This document shows positions 60,911 through 64,000 of a stretch of 64,000 nt of DNA, piece by piece (position 1 is the stretch's first letter; every line of letters starts with the position of its first letter). The DNA is from the human T2T-CHM13v2.0 reference genome, Homo sapiens. The notes below the pieces were generated by a model. That model ran no database searches, was not told where the DNA came from, and saw only the letters and a list, made by a program, of their open reading frames with translations. Where the stretch lies: NCBI RefSeq assembly GCF_009914755.1, contig NC_060936.1; one strand, written 5' to 3'. A program made the translations under genes and the position numbers.

Positions 60911-61668
60911 CTATTCTTTTGAGGAAAAAAAAAAAAAAAAATTTTTTTTTTTTTTTTGGTCTTTCTGAAACTGGTGCTATTTCAGAATGATAGGTAAAAG
61001 TCTCCATGGAGAAGCAGGGGATGTGATGCCATGTTTACCTGCCCCTCCCCCCCATAATTATGATATCTTTTCACCCATTGAGGAAAGTTGGGCTCACATA
61101 GACTCTCTTCTTTATGCGATAGACCCCAAATTTCATCTCGTAAGAGTACCAGACTGGAAGGTCATAAAGAAATCTGCAGTAGGAATTTAATCTGTAGATT
61201 TGGCCACATAAAATGCAGGTGTAATTTTTATATTATACTTCAAAACACCTTGAAAGCCATGTTAGTCTTTTTGCTATCTTTAACAGTTAAGAATTTTTGC
61301 ATGAGAATTATTATTTTGTTTCTAGTTGTAGTTTTTCCAACCTTTCCCAGGCCTTCAATCTCTAATTCTGAAGTTTTTAAGAAGAGTTAGTTACCTACAG
61401 TTAATACTTCTGTCATCTTTGAATTGATGTTATACCATATAGGCCTATGAGAGAGTTGCCAGACTTAAATAATTATTTATATGCTTAATTTCTTTTAACA
61501 CATAGAATAATTCTTTAAAAAATTGTTTTCTCTGTAAACTGTAACTGAAACCCATGCTGCCCTGGAAAGCAATGTTACAAACTGCTGTACCCTCTGCCTG
61601 AAGACAAGTTTTTATTTCTTTATCCTAATACCCAACAACAATTAGTATCACTTTAAAAGATAAAATAG

Positions 61669-61958
61669 AGGCCCGGCACGGTGGCTCACGTCTGTAATCC
61701 CAGCACTTTGGGTGGCTGAGATGGGCAGATCACAAGGTCAGGAGTCCCAGACCAGCCTGACCAACATGGCGAAACCCTGTCTCTACTAAAAATACAAAAA
61801 TTAGCCAGGTGTGGTGGCACACGCCTGTAATCCCAGCTATTCAGGAGGCTGAGGCAGAATTGCCTGAACCCGGGAGGTGGAGGTTGCAGTGAGCCGAGAT
61901 TGTGTCACTGCACTCCAGCCTGTGCAACAGAGCAAGACTCCGTCTCAAAAAAAAAAAA
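61669..61958 (+). mobile_element. AluS
   Basis: Full dimer; AAATAGA on both sides. Confidence 0.88.
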
Positions 61959-64000
61959 GGTGAAATAGATGCCCATGTCTTGCTAAGTCAGTGTGGTGCA
62001 GAAAATGATAAGGAGGGAGTATTCCAATATTGACCTAAAATATTTTAATCAAGAATTCCAGACACTTTTCTCCACCCATATTTTGATATGTAGAGTTATC
62101 ATGTGTGGTCTTAATTTAGCAGTAAAATTTTGAATATTGCACATATATAATACTAGAGAAATTTAAATGTTAATAAGACTTGAGGACCAGATAATTTTGG
62201 GGATACAGTTGTTAGCTGTAAAGTAAAAATTTCAAGTTTAATGAATGAAAACTAGTCTCACTGCTCCATTAGCACAATTGGTTTGGAAGGTTTGCTTCTG
62301 GGCGAATAAAGTGAACAATAGCAAAGGATGGGATTGCTACTTTAAAAATACTAAAATATGAGGGTAAAGAGAGATGTCTGTCAGAGGATGTTTAAAATGA
62401 AACAGCTTCTTAAAAGCAAGGGACGGAAGATGTGCAAATGGTTATGAGGTCATTGTACTAAACATTAGCATTGTGCTTCTCACTCCAGAAGAAATTACAT
62501 CAGTGGATAATCTACTGAGCACTGTAATTTGGGTAGTACTGAGATGAGCAATTGTTTTAGTTGTTGCCTGACCCCCACCCCACCCCCAGCAGCCTGGAAC
62601 TGTGCATGTTATGAAGAGGTCATGTGACACGGATCCTTGGTTTTGCTCATTTATCCTGTCAAAACAACTTAATGTAGATGGAAAGAAATGAACGAAATGA
62701 ATAGAATGGGTTAGCTGTATCAGCTTTAGTTTATATTGAAGGTAATGAATGCTGCAATTGGGATAGTATAGTATATTAAGGCCCCAGGAATATCCAGCTC
62801 CATAATGGTGAAGAGAAGGTTCTAAAAAGCAACAGTGGCTAATCCATTCTAAGTCTCACTTGATGTTTTAATGCTACTTTTTGATACGGTCTTTTAAAAT
62901 TTTATCATTGTATTCATGATAATTTGATTGACAGTTGGTAATATTTAAACAATATATGGTTCCTCTTATTTTACCTTCAGCTGTAATTTAGTATAAAGTT
63001 CCTATTTCTTTTCAATAATTATTATATAATAACAAACGTGGATCTTCTGAGAAGAAAATTATTTTAGAAGTTTTGCAAAATATTTAGGGTTTGTTTGTTG
63101 TCATTGAAACATGAGCTTTGAACCAAATCTTCATTTGTCTCTTAGTTCTGTTTTTCATGTGAATTTGAGGGAGATAATAAAATTTTGTGAGTCAGTTCGT
63201 CTCACAACATTTTTCTGAGGATTAAATGAAGTGAAGCAGCCAACTAGTAAATGGCAAATACTTGGCAAAAATTATTTTTAAAACCCCAGGTGTTCCTTCT
63301 GATCTGTGTCTTATGTTAGTTTTGATCTACTTTATTATTGTCTTAAAGTCTTTTGGGTGCTAAAATTATGTACTTCTCTAAGATATTTTATGAAATGTTC
63401 CTAGATTAAAAAAAAAACAATATTCAGTTATAGATGGAACAAGTAGACAAACTATTGAAAGAAGCCCCAAATTATTTGTTTAGGTTTCCCCCATTTCCTG
63501 CTTTGTTGATGATAATCTGTTGTCATGCATCTGTATTTCTAACTTCAAACATTAAGCAGGGGTTCTCAGATCCCTTAAAATAAATAATACTTTTCAGAAA
63601 GGATAAAAACACTTAGCTATATAAAGTAGCCTGTATTTATAGTATAGATGTCTTCTGGGCAAATTAGAGATAAAATATTCTAAATATTTCTATGGAATTT
63701 TTAGATTGTCATTCAGTGTATTCTCAAGGAAAATTAAATACGGATTTTTGATGGCAAAGAAGTCCCCCGTTTTTTTCCCTCTATGCTTTGCTATAAATAA
63801 GTAGTTGGCAGCTTTTTTACAATAAGCTTTTACAAACCATTTTTAAAAATCAAAAGCTGGGACCTTTGCAAGTTGATCATTCTGTATGGGTTGTGTTGGA
63901 CTTAACTGAGACTCAGAGGCCCAATTTCAATTCTCATTTTTCTTTTAAGTCACAGGAATTTTTTATCCTTGGGGAAATGCTAACTGCTTATTAAGGACAC

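Overview
Human genomic DNA covering the 5' end of WNK1 (chr12p13.33), on the + strand. It contains about 4.4 kb of upstream sequence, a CpG-island promoter with ZNF143-type, ETS, NRF1-like, GC-box and YY1-like motifs, and a ~1 kb GC-rich 5' leader. Coding exon 1 runs from ATG 5430 to the splice donor after 6188 (253 codons, including the WNK-diagnostic Lys233 and Cys250). About 58 kb of intron 1 follows, and I did not find exon 2 in the window. The intron is very Alu-dense (about 56 elements by eye, about 41 antisense and about 15 sense) and also carries L1, L2, MIR, MaLR/ERVL LTRs, DNA-transposon fossils and a full-length U4atac retrocopy. I found no new multi-gene system. The best candidates for undescribed elements are: (1) a 74-nt non-Alu palindrome that folds like a pre-miRNA in the WNK1 sense strand (24333-24406); (2) a five-armed Alu made by tandem amplification between its own arms (35223-35943); (3) strong-Kozak uORFs bracketed by cryptic splice sites that could remove all of them (4641-5419); (4) a human-specific AluYb8; and (5) several tail-less retro-insertions with target-site duplications (TSDs). 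Repeat coordinates are approximate, and subfamily names come from recalled consensus sequences, not a RepeatMasker run.
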